Shown one piece after another: positions 25,060-38,600 of a stretch of DNA of 64,000 nucleotides (positions within the stretch are counted from its first letter, which is position 1; each line of letters starts with the position of its first letter). The stretch covers positions 1,430,066-1,494,065 of the forward strand of contig NC_068997.1 of the NCBI RefSeq assembly GCF_001194135.2, given 5' to 3'. Origin of the DNA: Octopus bimaculoides (Eukaryota). The position numbers were made by a program, and so were the translations under genes. A model generated the notes under the pieces. It saw only the letters and a program-made list of their open reading frames with translations. It searched no databases and was not told the DNA's origin.

Positions 25060-25270
25060 TAGAAACCAGTGCGCAATGAGTGGGCAAGTTTAGTAGAGTA
25101 CAAGAAAAAATACCCTGCGGTATTTAGTTACGATGTTTAAATTTTCAGTTCAAAGTCCGACGAATTTAATTCCGTATGTAAACATCCAGAGTCAATACAA
25201 TAAGAAGAAATGAAGTATTAGGATAAACTTGATCGATCATTGTATTTCCTTAAATTTCTGCTCTGTTCAG
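25060..25270 (+). mobile_element. SINE family B, highly degraded
   Basis: Remnants of GGCAAG..TTAG, GTTCAAAGTCC..GA and AAGTA..GG..AAACTTGATCGA. Confidence 0.45.
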
Positions 25271-25539
25271 AAGGATAGATACTGTGATATTTGAAACAAA
25301 CATCCTTTTTAATCCTTCAGAACGAACATTCACTTGCTCTCATATATTTCGTCTTAAACACGCGTGTAAGAAGGAATAATTATATTATATGTGTGTATAT
25401 ATGTATGTGTGTACTCAGGGCTTCGTCTCGAGCTGAACACTGTGATCACCGCTGTTTTGACATAAGCATAAGCGTTCAAAGAAAATTCGGTATATGTCTC
25501 CACCTAATAAAGGTCGAGCAACATGGATTCTCTGGATGC

Positions 25540-25585
<46 letters not shown>

Positions 25586-25883
25586 TATATACAAGTGGAT
25601 CAGGTACCGAAATAGTAAAGCACTAATTTCAGGTCAAAGAAATAGCAATCGTGTACAAATCAAAATTAGAGACACACGTACGTACACACCGATGTACAAA
25701 CGCATTAATATTCCAGTTAAATATACGATCACAAGTGTCTGTCTATACCACAAATCTCAAGGCTGTACCTAGGAACATACATTGCACCAATTTTACGTTA
25801 ATTTCAGGTTCCGAGTAAGGTGAATAACTAATAACTATTATTCACCTCCCTCGGAACCTGCAACTAGTGTGGATCTGGAGTAT

Positions 25884-25918
<35 letters not shown>

Positions 25919-25982
25919 NNNNNNNNNNNNNNNNNNNNNNNNNNNNNNNNNNNNNNNNNNNNNNNNNNNNNNNNNNNNNNNN

Positions 25983-26020
<38 letters not shown>

Positions 26021-26199
26021 GGGTGGGTTTCATGTAAACCCTGCAGAATACTAAATTCAACAGGCAGTGAGGCTGTGGTAGAACATGAATCCCGAAGTAC
26101 TGATATGTTAGATCGAGCGATAATCTGCATGGCCACTGCAAAAAAGGTCACACACAAAATAATTTTCGTTAACATCGTCTTGAATCGTATGGATCATAG

Positions 26200-26425
26200 G
26201 CCAAGCCATCCAGTTTCTATGGAATATACGTGACCAAGACCACAACTCTGTCCTGAACGGGACGCCAGTCCATCGCAAAGTTATTCATTTGGATCTTAGT
26301 GGACTAGTGTAACGTGGAATAATTTTTTTTACCTAAGAACGCTGTGCCCTGTCCAGTCCCAGAGTCGAAACTATTTTCTTGTGATCGTAAGTGGAACGCC
26401 CTAACCACTAGTCCACGCGCCTTCT
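26200..26425 (-). mobile_element. SINE with the same tail as 3745-4066
   Basis: GGGACGCCAGTCCATCGCA tail and CCCTAACCACTAGTCCA head (revcomp of TGGACTAGTGGTTAGGG). Confidence 0.6.
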
Positions 26426-27224
26426 CCCGATTGGTAAGAAGATAACATCGTATAATATTTGTTTTTTTTTTTGTCTTTCACTTTCTATCATGTTGATAAT
26501 ATATCTTCTTCTATTACAAACCCAGCAGCTATCTTTATTAATGAAGCTATGCTGTTGTGTACAATTAACGTGTGGGAGGATATATTCCTCCTTTACTGAA
26601 ATTCTACCAAAATAAAAAAATAATAAACGATATTATTTCAAAAGCTATACGGGTTTATTTCTGATACAGATAAAAAATTACCTTCATCTAACAAAGATTC
26701 ATCATTACGATAAAGTGCAGAATAGCAATCGAAGAAAACAAGCTCAAAGTTCTCTTCGTGTGATCTGAAAACTTTCCGTTATTGCTTCCCACACAAAATA
26801 ATACTAAATTTTCATGGAACAGTCCAAAACTATTATAAGATCTTCAGGGATAAACGTAATTACATGGAATATTAATACTAGTAAAATTGCGCTATAATCG
26901 AGATTATGGAAGGATCGAAATAGTCTAAAATTCTTGAAAAATATACAAATTTTTCTTATGTGTTTTTGTCCTCATTTAATGTTACGTTAATTGTGACACC
27001 ATATAGATGTCGGCTTGATTGGAATTTTATATAACGAATAGGATGTTACGTTATTTCTAATTAACTTGCAACTAGTAACTATATCGTTGATTAGGAAATA
27101 GAGTAAGATAATGAAGTGTACAGCCTAACAACGCAAGTTAAAGCAAACTGTCCATAACATATCTTATAGCAATTTACCTTCATTTCATTTACCAATCACT
27201 TTTAGTCTATGTATCTATCAATCT

Positions 27225-27317
<93 letters not shown>

Positions 27318-28233
27318 AAATGTTTTTGTGTATATAACGATAAATAAGCGAAATGTTTTCCTTAGGAAATGATTCATTGTTCGAAGTAGTAAGAATATGA
27401 ACAAAATTTGTTCACAGTTAAACGCACAGTAAATAGACTTTCCTTTAAAAAAAAACCGATGAAGCACGATGAACCACATAAAAAGACAACAATTGGCTGA
27501 GATCCGACTCTGAAGTATGTAAGATGTAGAAGATGTGGATAAGAACTCTAATTAATTTGCTTGGACTAGTAGATTAAGTTCCAACCTTATCATAATCCTA
27601 AAAATCGCTGGCACATATCTGCTTGCGAATGGTACGAAGTCTGAAGAATACTTTCTAGATATAGCCAAGAAAAAAAAGAAAGAAAAAAAGTGGGAAAATG
27701 TGCGACAATTTCCTGTTCATTGAATTCAGTTTGGGATGTAAAGTTCGCTTGGTTTCTCATCATTAGTGGACCACCATGCTGGTAGACAAAACATTGATAG
27801 TTTATGCTTGAATGAAACAGCAAAAAATTCTGTGAAAGCTCAACCAACAAAATACAGTTTGATTGGACATTAGCACCACAGTTGTCCCTTCTCTTATTTT
27901 ATGTTATATTGATTTTTAATGGCTTGCAAGACAACCTTTTGTATAAAAGGCATATCTATATTTGATACAAACCAATCTCTTTCCAGTATTTATCTGATCG
28001 TTTACAAATGACTGAATCATCAATTCCTACTGTTTTCAGCTAGCATTTTCAGAGCGCGCTGTGCTTGCACTGCTACCTATGTGAACTGAAAGGACAAAGT
28101 AGGACACGTTCTTTTTATAAAAGGAGTGGTGTCTTTTGTCGATGTCTATCTATGGGAATGCATTTCTGTTTGTTAACAGAACCTCCTTCTCTCTTTGAAT
28201 CTATAAATCCACATGCATGTGTGATACACGTAT

Positions 28234-28280
<47 letters not shown>

Positions 28281-28724
28281 NNNNNNNNNNNNNNNNNNNN
28301 NNNNNNNNNNNNNNNNNNNNNNNNNNNNNNNNNNNNNNNNNNNNNNNNNNNNNNNNNNNNNNNNNNNNNNNNNNNNNNNNNNNNNNNNNNNNNNNNNNNN
28401 NNNNNNNNNNNNNNNNNNNNNNNNNNNNNNNNNNNNNNNNNNNNNNNNNNNNNNTTTTGTATGATTGTGTATAGAGGAATATATTATTTTGCTTAAAAGA
28501 GTTCCAACACTGTCTGTTTTTTATGTTTTATTTATATTCCTGCAGAACTAATGTGGGGTATAGAATATGGAATATACAATATATAATATGATATACAATA
28601 TACAATATAAAATAAAATAAAATAAAAATGGATGGCAGCATGAAAGAAAGTATTGAATGTAGATGAAATATTGAGTGTTCAATATAAAGGATCAAATATA
28701 TAAATATAAATATATATATATAAA

Positions 28725-28764
28725 GGCGACTCGAGTTTCAGGGCTATTTCCCTTCGTCATGGCC
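28725..28764 (-). ncRNA. Minimal type I hammerhead ribozyme motif (one core lesion)
   Basis: Minus strand: GGC-C-AUGACGA-AGGG[AAAUAG]CCCU-GAAA-CUCGAG-UC-GCC; palindromic stem III ACUCGAGU; flanked by (TA)n. Confidence 0.7.
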
Positions 28765-29388
28765 GGTATGACAGACTTTAACAGACTATATATATATATA
28801 TATATATATAGATATATATATATAGAGAGAGAGATAAATAGATAGATATGCCATTAACTAAGAACAACGTCACAGTGTTTAGTATGTCACACATCCGACT
28901 AATTATTTTCATCTTCATCATTCAACTGTCTCTACAATATATTACTTTCTTTCACAGTTCGATAAGTTGGTGATCATGATCCATCATTGACGCTTTTTGA
29001 TCAGGATAATATGGATATTTCTTTTTAATACACACACACGCGCTCACTCGCACAAGAGCGTTCACACGCACGCACACACACGTACGCACACGCACACACA
29101 CATGCATCTGTGGATCTCCGTCAGTTACTCTTACCAACTCGTTGAATTAAGATGGGAAATTATTCTACAATTATGTGTACCTTATACCTTAAACGTAATT
29201 CTCATCTAGAATTGATATGACGCAATCGGTGACAAGACTGCAACTTTAAATTGTACAGTTTCTCTCAGAAAGCAAGGGCCAACCCGAAGTGATGGTAAAA
29301 GATAAAGACCTTTCGGATTGATGCCAAACATTGGTATCGTGACTACGAAAGGAACTCTTTGATAAGAGTGCTATGCTGCATGCATGCA

Positions 29389-29463
29389 TGTATCCGTCCG
29401 TCCGTCCGTCCGTCCGTCCGTCCGTCCGTCCGTCCGTCCGTCCGTCCGTCCGTCCGTCCGTCC

Positions 29464-29505
<42 letters not shown>

Positions 29506-29535
29506 ATGTCTATCTATCTATCTATCTATCTATCC
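29389..29535. repeat. Compound tetranucleotide microsatellite (TCCG)n(TCTG)n(TCTA)n
   Basis: Directly visible. Confidence 0.95.
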
Positions 29536-30377
29536 ATTCACACACATTCATACATATATTTGTGTCTATGTTGTATTAAGAACTACATTTGTGTTTAACA
29601 ATTTTTAATAACAATTTTTCAGATTTTCTTATTGGTCTCATATTTTCATTTTATAAAATTAGCGCGCCTAAATACATAAATCTACTAAAGTGTTGAAGCT
29701 ATTTGCTATTTCGCTTCCATGATTATACAGTGGCGTGTTTCTGCTCGTTTTGCGTTGGACCGCAAAGGATCATGGGACTGTTGACTTTTTTAAAATTATA
29801 TCTTTCATTGCTTTATTTGAAAACATTTTAGCGGCATATTCTCTTTGAAGTTTTATTTTTAATATACAGATTGATTTGGCACATTGAAAAGATTCGTGCT
29901 TGGAGTGGAGACAACTCTGATATGAGATAGTGTATCACTAAATAATCATTTGACTAGCAACAGCATGAAATGAAGTCATACTTGAAACAGCTGTGTGTGT
30001 AAATAACGCTTTAAATATTAGTGGGAAAAAAATGAACAAAATGTGTTTATATCTGTAGATAACATTTAATATACCGATATCAAATATCTTTGAGTTTATC
30101 TAAGACTTCAAAACAACGACGATAACACTCCCCTCACGCCCCCACATAAACACGCAAGCTCATACACAACCCACGCACACCCATTTATATATATTTTATG
30201 ATCTGTCAGGATATGTGATATAAATCGAAGAATACATTATTGGAACACTTATATTCTAGCACTGGATGTTCTGTAGGGTTTTAAGGAATTTATTTTGTTT
30301 GTAAAAAAAATTAATGTAACGACATGTGTTCCTTATGTGGATGAAACGCTAGTTTGCTTCTGTTAATGAGTAGTACT

Positions 30378-30477
30378 CACGATAGACTAAACACCAAGTG
30401 TTTAGTCTATCGTGGTAGACATGAGACTGTTTGGTTTACCAGTGATAGAATAAACTGTGTTTTGTCTATCACTGGTA
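30378..30477. repeat. Two adjacent related hairpins
   Basis: CACGATAGACTAAACAC-CAA-GTGTTTAGTCTATCGTG (17-bp perfect) and TACCAGTGATAGA-15nt-TCTATCACTGGTA (13-bp perfect). Confidence 0.9.
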
Positions 30478-30744
30478 GACACGAAACTTAGATATTGTTC
30501 ATATGCGGTATCAATTCTATCATTGGCCACTCTGCCTTTCGTGCTTTTTGATTGGTCAATTAAATACCAGCAAAACATTCATTCTTTACTATGCAAAATA
30601 ACCTATTTCTTGAAAATATACTCCACTTTCTTGTCAAATAAAGTCATATCAAATAAGAAGTGTTCTTATAGAAAACGGTCAGCTGTAACTGAAAATTGAA
30701 GCCGTTTACAGTTTATATTGTCTCAGGTGACGCATATGCTCATA

Positions 30745-30964
30745 TATGAGGGGTTGCTGAAAAGCTCCTGACTTTAAGGGTGTCGCGAAAAGCCTGGTTG
30801 GAAGCCCAAAGTTCCGAGTTCTTTTACAGGACTTAGAAAATTGAACAACCGCTGCAATTAGTGTATGAATCTGCGAGGGGGAATATTTAGAATAAAATCA
30901 TAATTAACTGATCCTCCTCTATATTTTTTAACCGAAGCCAGGAACCTTTCAGCACCCCCTTGTG
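30745..30964 (+). mobile_element. Mariner-derived MITE, same family as 24810
   Basis: TA-TGAGGGGTTGCTGAAAAGCTCC ... GGAACCTTTCAGCACCCCCTTG. Confidence 0.85.
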
Positions 30965-30981
30965 GGTGCACGATTGTGTAT

Positions 30982-31024
<43 letters not shown>

Positions 31025-31028
31025 TGTG

Positions 31029-31221
31029 TATGAGGAGATGCTGAAAAGGACTTGTTAGAGGCCCAACCTTCAGATTTCTTTTACAGGGCTTAGAAAAACT
31101 GAACGACCGCTGCCATAAGATTGTGAATCTGAGGGGAGAACAAAATCATATTTAACTGATCCTCCTGTATTTTATGTTACCCAAATACCCAAAGCCAGAA
31201 ACTTTTCAACGCCCCCTTGTA
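31029..31221 (+). mobile_element. Mariner-derived MITE, third copy with a small deletion
   Basis: TATGAGGAGATGCTGAAAAG ... ACTTTTCAACGCCCCCTTGTA. Confidence 0.8.
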
Positions 31222-31599
31222 GGAGATTTGAAGTTCACCCTTTTTCTGTTCCTGGTTAAAAACGCTTTATCGGTAAAGCCAACTATCATAGGATGACGTT
31301 TTTATATTTCAGTGGATAAAAGGTTATGTTGCTCATTATTTTCGTAGTCACCAAAACTAGTGAGAGGAGAGGGAATAAATTATTCTCAGACCTGAAAATT
31401 ACTTTGGAATCATCTAAACGTTTAAATACCAACCGGGTGGTAGTCGGTAGGCTAAGTGTACTACCGTGAAAACGAAAGTGTTGACCATATCAAATAACAT
31501 TTTATTTAAAGCATACATATTTTATCCCTGTCACCTTTTGTGAACAGGCTAACACTCTCTATCACTTCAAGTTCATATACATCATTCTTTTTAGATCTT

Positions 31600-34300
31600 A
31601 TCTGTTGCATGGTAAAGAAAAGAATTTTAACGAGACTGATTCACTCAGGAACAAAACCCATGGCACGACTTAAAACTCTTCAACTGAAAATATACAAATA
31701 TTCGCTCTTAGAAACTATAATTCTTTGTAATTAACGAATAAATTTAGCCACACATGATACCAGAAGTCATGAGAGGTAAGTTACTTAGTAAAGGGCTAGA
31801 CATCATTACTGAGGTTCACCAACTAACTTTGTTTCTCTGTCATCGAGAGTTCAGGATGGCACAGTATCGGAAGAAAACAATGAAGCTATTGCTGGTATAA
31901 AAATATAGACATGATCATGCAGTACTATGTATTTCTTTAGTCTCGATTCGATAATGGCAGAGAACAATAAATTAAGAAACACTTATTGTAATGCTTTCTA
32001 ATTAAAATAATGCACTACTGCACGGCTGCAATTCGCAATATAAATGCACAGAAATGTATTCTCGTCCAGTTAAAATTTGTTTAACTATAGCTAAATTAAA
32101 ATCCATAAAAAAGTGGGGTTAAAGAGTAGTCAACAACCAAACTTCCTGTAGAAGTTATTCATCGACTTTAATCTTCATAGAGATCAGTAAAATGGCATTA
32201 ATCCATCAGTCACTTTTCACTTGCTTTCTATTAATCATCCCTAATCCCAATTACATTGGAAAGTTATATTTATTCAAGTATTGGTTTAGTTGCAGTTGAG
32301 CACTATAATTTAATTATTAGTCAATTGTTACGGTTTAAGAAAATTTCTTTTCAGTTTCTCACGATTCAAAAAAATTCCTAATGGAGTGTCGTTATACCAC
32401 TATTCTACATAAAGTGAAGAAGAAGAATACACAATAGCTGTTAATCATAGATAATAAGAAAATGTGTGCTGTAATAGATGTGAAATGCAAATTTGCTGCA
32501 AATTTAAAAGAAAAAGAAAACGTGGAATATTATTGCAACTTGAAGTCCAGCATGTAAAGATTTCATACTATACAGAATTACAAGGACATGATCCTGCCAG
32601 TTACTATTGGCATCTTGAGAACTGTGATGAAAACTTTCTGAGGATATTTTTGATAGGTAGACCTTAATCTGGGAATGGATACATATGTTCTTCGTATATT
32701 TGTACACCAACGTCACTTTGATGACAATTACTACTCGCTCACTCAATAATAAAATACACAAGTCTAAAAGTTTGTAGGCATAGAGTTAGTAGATTAAATC
32801 GGCACTAGTAGTTGACTAGTACCTTATTTTGTCAACTCTGGAAGGATGAAAAGAAACGTTGATCTCTGCGCGATTTGAACTCAAAATGCAAAGAAACATA
32901 GGAAGTGTTGCAAATATTTTTTTCTGGCGCTCTATCGAATTTACCAACGCATCGCCTTATCAATATTAATTTCTCATATTGACCATCTACTTTGAAGGAA
33001 AAGGCTTAATCGAGTAAATGGATATCTAGTAATTATTTATCTGTACAGGGTAGATGACAAACGAAATTAACAATGAAGTAGAGAGCGGGTTAAATAAGAA
33101 AGTTTCTACTATTTCGAGCAAGAAGCCACACTTTCCTGGGGTGTGGTACATGCAAAACAGTTTTCACCCAGTTTATACTTTAGAAGTTATGTCAACCCTT
33201 ATATACAGATGTCTTCTAAGTCATATAAGGATAAATAAAAAACTTAACGAGGAGCAGTGACTCTTGTCAGGGTCACCGTAACTGGTGAGTCGAAGACGAA
33301 GTGATACTCTAATCAGAGATATAGACAGATTGCTTGTAACATAGTGAACTGTCCAGAGGGCACCGGAGAACCAGGTGATAATGTTCACTAGTAATAACGA
33401 GTGTGCTCTGTTAAAGGTACGGTGACCGATTAAGCTTATCTCGACATACCAAGACAGTCTTGTACTGATTTGAGCACGGAATGTTGACAGACGAAATAAA
33501 ACTTTCACTGCTTTACAGAGAAACTCTACTATGCACTTAATTTGTTGTTTTAGTGCAGGAACCTATACTTTCACGAAAACATGCACACAAACATGCACAT
33601 ATATCAATCACCAGGTACATGAAAGGCAATGTTAATCTTAGCGGGATTTAAGCGTTAAAAGACACGGTGTCGGGATAAATATTACAAATATTCAGCCTCC
33701 TTGTTTTCCTGAAACTCGGTAATGTTCGGTACCTAAAATGGAAACAGCTCATTGTTCATTTGGATAGCAAGACTTTTAGGTAATGAAACTAAATTGGTTT
33801 GTTACCTGAGTGCAAAATTCAAAAACAGCTAAACACAGTTAATATTTTGTGCAGATATAATGAAGTATACTATTAAATTAAGTAATTATTGAAATATCAA
33901 TGATCATGGATATGATGGCGTATGCGTCTTATTTTGTCGTTTTTGGCGCGAGGGAATATGTTGCAATATTTCACATCAACATATTTATGAAGAAAGAGAA
34001 TTCACAGGAGATAAATGGTTCATTTATAACAGCAATGCCACACGAATATCTGTTCAATTACCATACTACATTAAATTTGCAACTATATTATCTATCCAGA
34101 GTTCAATATCAACCGAGGCACGATAAAAGTAATGGAGGATAGGTCTCTCAGTTGCTCTTAAGCATTCGATCAGACATCTCTGGGAGTATGTCCACAACAA
34201 CAGCCAGTAAATAGTTCTTCTACAATTATGTAATAAATCTATATTTACTAAGCCATCGTAGGCACACAATAACCACAGTTTTGGGGGGTCAGCAAAGGTG
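31600..34300 (-). pseudogene. PTP D2 domain remnant exons
   Basis: KN..DILP..R (34181-34192), YSCGIAVINE (~34019-34048), TWFSG..IRVSLRL (~33.3 kb), SNWQDH (32588-32599), KYIVLH then YCAILN (31849-31866), in canonical order. Confidence 0.6.
32765..32955 (-). mobile_element. SINE family B
   Basis: GGAAGGATGAAAAG..GTTGATCTC..GATTTGAACTCAAAA is the revcomp of the family core. Confidence 0.7.
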
Positions 34301-34334
34301 CAGACAGACAAAAAACAAACAGACAGGAATACAG

Positions 34335-34438
<104 letters not shown>

Positions 34439-35379
34439 GGTTTATTGATTTAGGATGAATATTGCTTAATCCTTTACATTTAAGAGGTGATAGTTGCCTA
34501 CAAACATTTCCTTAAGAAATCTAGTACATATACTCGACAATAACGTGAAATGAGCAAATATTATAACACGTATTCTTTCACCACACGAACATGTGAATCA
34601 CATGTAATGAATTTGAGCAGCAATCCATGAGAATTCAATCCAATACATTTTCAACTTGATCAGCTTGTTCTTATATGTACATATTATAGGAGGTCTAAAT
34701 ATATTAACCTAGATATATGTTTACAACTATCTGTTCTGAGAAAAGAAATCTAGTGTTTAATATATCATTAATAATTCAATATACTGCTGGGACGACAGAG
34801 GAAATCTCACTGTGAGACCGGAACTTTGTCTATATTCATATTTCATTGTTGGTCACTTCACTCACGGTGATTTTCGTTCTTCCTCATAAATATAGACCAA
34901 TCATGTTCAGTCAAATGGCGGCAAATCCTTATGGTTGAATGCCATTATAACAAGCACCAATCTATTTCATATATATAGTATATTCGCTTTCATTATATGT
35001 ACAGCTTATATCTTTCAAGCAATAAACCTCGTGATAAACAAATATTCGTAGATAAACTAGCAATGCTGTGTTGTACATATATGAACAAGGAGAGGACAAA
35101 ACTAAGCAAAAATTAGTAAAAATGTGACAGTGAATAGATGTTTTATCAAGGTATAATAATTCTGCTTTATTTATACTCATTTATGTATTAGTATTTTATG
35201 ATATCAACACTTCTCGTAGTTGCAACTAAGACCCGGGTCAGATAAAAAACAAACCTCTTATGTCTGCAATATATATAAAATGTCATATTTGATTTAAACT
35301 TATTCTATCAAACACATTCACAACTTTATAGTTAATTACAATGATATCTTATTGCATATTTTGTCTTTATTGAATCGAT

Positions 35380-36288
35380 GTAAATTCATGGACATGGTTG
35401 ATATAGTATTCCAGACTGGTCATTTACGTAATTTTTACAGCAGTAGGTGCTGTTAGAGCGATACTGTTGTATTACACTGACGAGGTGTATTTACATAGGT
35501 GGACTGTGTTTTCTGAGAGGAGCTAAGTTTCAGCATGGTGTCTATATACAGCTAGTTGGACTCAATAATTTAAATGTTTGTTGTCTTAAACCTTGGAGTC
35601 TCTCTCTATGAATTTATATGATCACGAGTTTGTTTATCTCAATGAAAAAGAATGCACTGCGCAGTGAATCGACTTGGTGGTTCCGAGTGAAGCGGGAATT
35701 CCTGTCTCCCTAATGAGCCTCTTTGATAAAAAAAAAGACAAAGCAAGATGACGTCCGCCATTATTGTTGACTGCAGTCAGCAAAATACTAGAATAGTTCA
35801 ATTATTTTACCAGGCGCATATCGCAGCTATGGGCCAGAACCTGAAAACGAAACGTGATCTGAAATTGGTGTGAATTTGTAATATATGCCAATGCTTTGTC
35901 TTTTACCAAATTCTCTACCCTTAAGATATTCCTCGGATGTTAAAATCTACACCAAATCAAATTTATAGCAATTGATTCGTAACGAATACATTCTTGACAG
36001 ATATATTAGGAGTTCCGATGTAATAAGACCGTTGAATTTCTGTTGGACGGTGGACTTCATTGAAGGAGAATTTAATTCGACTCGCGATGCAAATGATTTT
36101 TCAGATATGAATCCTTACAACTGTTTCGAAGCGATATTTCATTTAATGCAATCACAAAACTTTTACTCAATATTTCTATATACCGGCCAATCTGATGATG
36201 ACTTGGACTTTATTGATTTCAGTTTTATGGTCATCTCGGTTCTTACAAATATTTAGGTTTTCTAAATTCACTCATATGACCATTGAGT
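35380..36288 (-). pseudogene. PTP D1 domain remnant exons
   Basis: tactaatgcag|..ICKNR (36236-36244); GFISEKSFA..PSMKSTVQQKF (MKSTV at 36046-36060); RFVFRFWP (WP at 35831-35836); RLIRE..SIHC (35661-35669); YIDTML (35531-35545); ENTVHL. Confidence 0.75.
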
Positions 36289-36889
36289 CTGCATTAGTAA
36301 AGGATCCAAAAGTATTTTTATATAACTTAAACATAGATGAGAAGTTTCTTACTTCCAGTATCCTAGACTCATATATATTACGACATGACAATAATTGTGA
36401 CAATCGCAGTAAAGCGGTCTATAAGATTGCCAGAACTATAAATGAAGTACAATCACTTTACTGGGAATAAACCATCTGAAGTTGAGCTCTTTCTCAATTA
36501 ATTCCATAAATTTGTGGTAAATTCCCAAAGTAGACACAGAATGGATCATGAATTCTTAGAATCTTTATATTGACGTAATTAACCTGAAATGGAATTGTCA
36601 TTATTTAGAGTGATACATGTAATGTTACAAGATGAACGTTTTGATAGTTTTGCAGTTGACAATGGAGATCAGCAGTCTCATATTGCTGGCAATGAATTGC
36701 TATACACTATGTCTGTTTTCACAGTAAGTCTTCTCTGAGTATTAAGGTATCTCTGATATCCAACTGTGAAATAAATCAATTCCGCTTTCTGAAAATATCT
36801 TCAACCAAGTACAAACATTTCCTTGCTCCCCAAAGCGACACAACGGTGCAATTTACATGTGACGTATTAGATTATAGTGTTAATTTCAA

Positions 36890-36977
36890 ATCCTCATAGG
36901 TGATAAGCCAGGCCATGGGTTACGCCCGGCCTGGCTGATCTTGCTAATGCGATATCCTCGAGGTGATAGCTTGCTTT
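36890..36977 (-). pseudogene. FN3-like or juxtamembrane remnant exon
   Basis: tactatttccag| then KLSPRGYRISKISQAGRNPW, resembling LxPxxxYxIxVxAxNxAGxGPW. Confidence 0.55.
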
Positions 36978-37427
36978 ACTGGAAATAGTATGCATACTTA
37001 GATTTTAAAAAAGTGATTATACATTAATATATTCCCATAATTAGAATTTTATAAACCTAATTTCTATACAAGCATAATATAAAAATATATTAGGTACTTC
37101 GCTGATGGGCATGTGTGTATGAATGTGTGCATGCAAACATGCTTTTGTCTGAATTTTCTGTGGGCTGAATTCATGTAGATGTATTTACCCCACACCTAAG
37201 TGATAATATTTGTAAAAGACTAATAGAAAACATTGTGGTTCATAGCAATATATAGAACATGAAATACAGGAGAAACTATGTTTAAATTTTCATTTGAATA
37301 TTCATTTAAATCAGCACTTCTCGAAGTAGGCGGGATCCACCTACTCTACTAGAAGGCGGCGGGAAATTTTATATTGTTACAGGGGACCAAGTCTCAGTTT
37401 CATTTTTTAAATATTGGTTTCAAATTT

Positions 37428-37625
37428 TAGTACAAGGCCAGCAATTTTAAGGGACAGACAAGTCAATTACATCGATAACAGCATCCAATTGGTACTTTTT
37501 TTACCGACGCTGAGAGAATGAAAGGCAAAGTTGACCTCGGCGGAATTTGAACTCAGAATGTAGAGTTCTGAAGTGAGAACGCATTTTGCCCGGCTTGCTA
37601 ACAATTCTGCCACTTCGCCGCCTTT
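37428..37625 (-). mobile_element. SINE family B
   Basis: GAATGAAAGGCAAAGTTGACCTCGGCGGAATTTGAACTCAGAA..CTAACAATTCTGCCA. Confidence 0.85.
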
Positions 37626-38035
37626 CACCTTTTAGCAAATATAATGTTAATCAGCTTATTTACCACATTGACAACAACATTGACAATAACAAGGAAAATA
37701 AGAATCAAGATCTGAAAATATATTCCAGCTGGTAGCCACAGGTGTATGCATATAAAATGAGATGTGCTTAAATTTGGTCGAAACGACGGGTTAAAAGTTG
37801 GGTGTTAAATTGTAATAAGGTGGCTTGATTAGAATTAGTATAAGAAAAAGGGACAGTAGCTGAAGGGAATCTGCAAAGCGCTGATTAAGATGATCATATT
37901 GAGCTCTTCAACATTTTCATAAAAATCCACTCATACACTCAATACTATCACACACAAATGCGACAAATTAACGGATACTCTCTTATACACAAAAACTTAC
38001 AGACAAAATCAACACAGACACACACACACGGATGC

Positions 38036-38101
<66 letters not shown>

Positions 38102-38103
38102 TG

Positions 38104-38135
<32 letters not shown>

Positions 38136-38256
38136 CACATGTATATATATACACACACACAGACACCAGTATATATATGTGCCTACGTATATTTCCTTTT
38201 GGTGAGAATGTATATATATGACTGTGTATATATATATTTATTTGCATTGCTTTCTC

Positions 38257-38294
<38 letters not shown>

Positions 38295-38399
38295 CACACA
38301 CACACACACACACACACACATATTTAACCATCTGCTTGTTTGTTTGTGTATATTTAACTTAATTGAGGTAAATGAACTTATTTCTAACTCTTGTAACGC

Positions 38400-38600
38400 T
38401 CTGAATACTTTCACTGATTATTGATAAATTCCAACAGCGATACGTTGACAGGTTGATGAGTTTGTATAATGGAACTTTCCTCTCATTCCATTGTTAATTG
38501 GCAGCATTAATGACAGGCCTAAGTGGAATCTATTGCTGTTTGTCTTCTGCCGATTTGACCAATGGAGTTATGACGTTAAGCCGGCTGCTTAATCCCGTAT
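38400..38600 (-). pseudogene. FN3 remnant
   Basis: PLVKSAEDK..IPLRPVINA and YKLINLSTYRCWNLSI (LxNLxxYxxYNISV-like). Confidence 0.5.

Noticed and set aside
27590-27850. 86-aa minus-strand ORF in non-repetitive DNA
   Set aside because: No recognisable motif or convincing splice context.
35814-36723. Plus-strand ORFs 35972-36256 and 36195-36470 resembling an ionotropic glutamate receptor amino-terminal domain
   Set aside because: The matches were loose hydrophobic patterns with no downstream S1/M1-M3/S2 exons. The minus strand of the same DNA carries ordered PTP D1 motifs that fit a much larger colinear gene. HMMER on both strands would settle it.
36906-36936. GC-rich hairpin AGCCAGGCC..GGCCTGGCT as a structured RNA
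   Set aside because: No ribozyme or ncRNA core is recognisable, and it lies in a probable minus-strand remnant exon.
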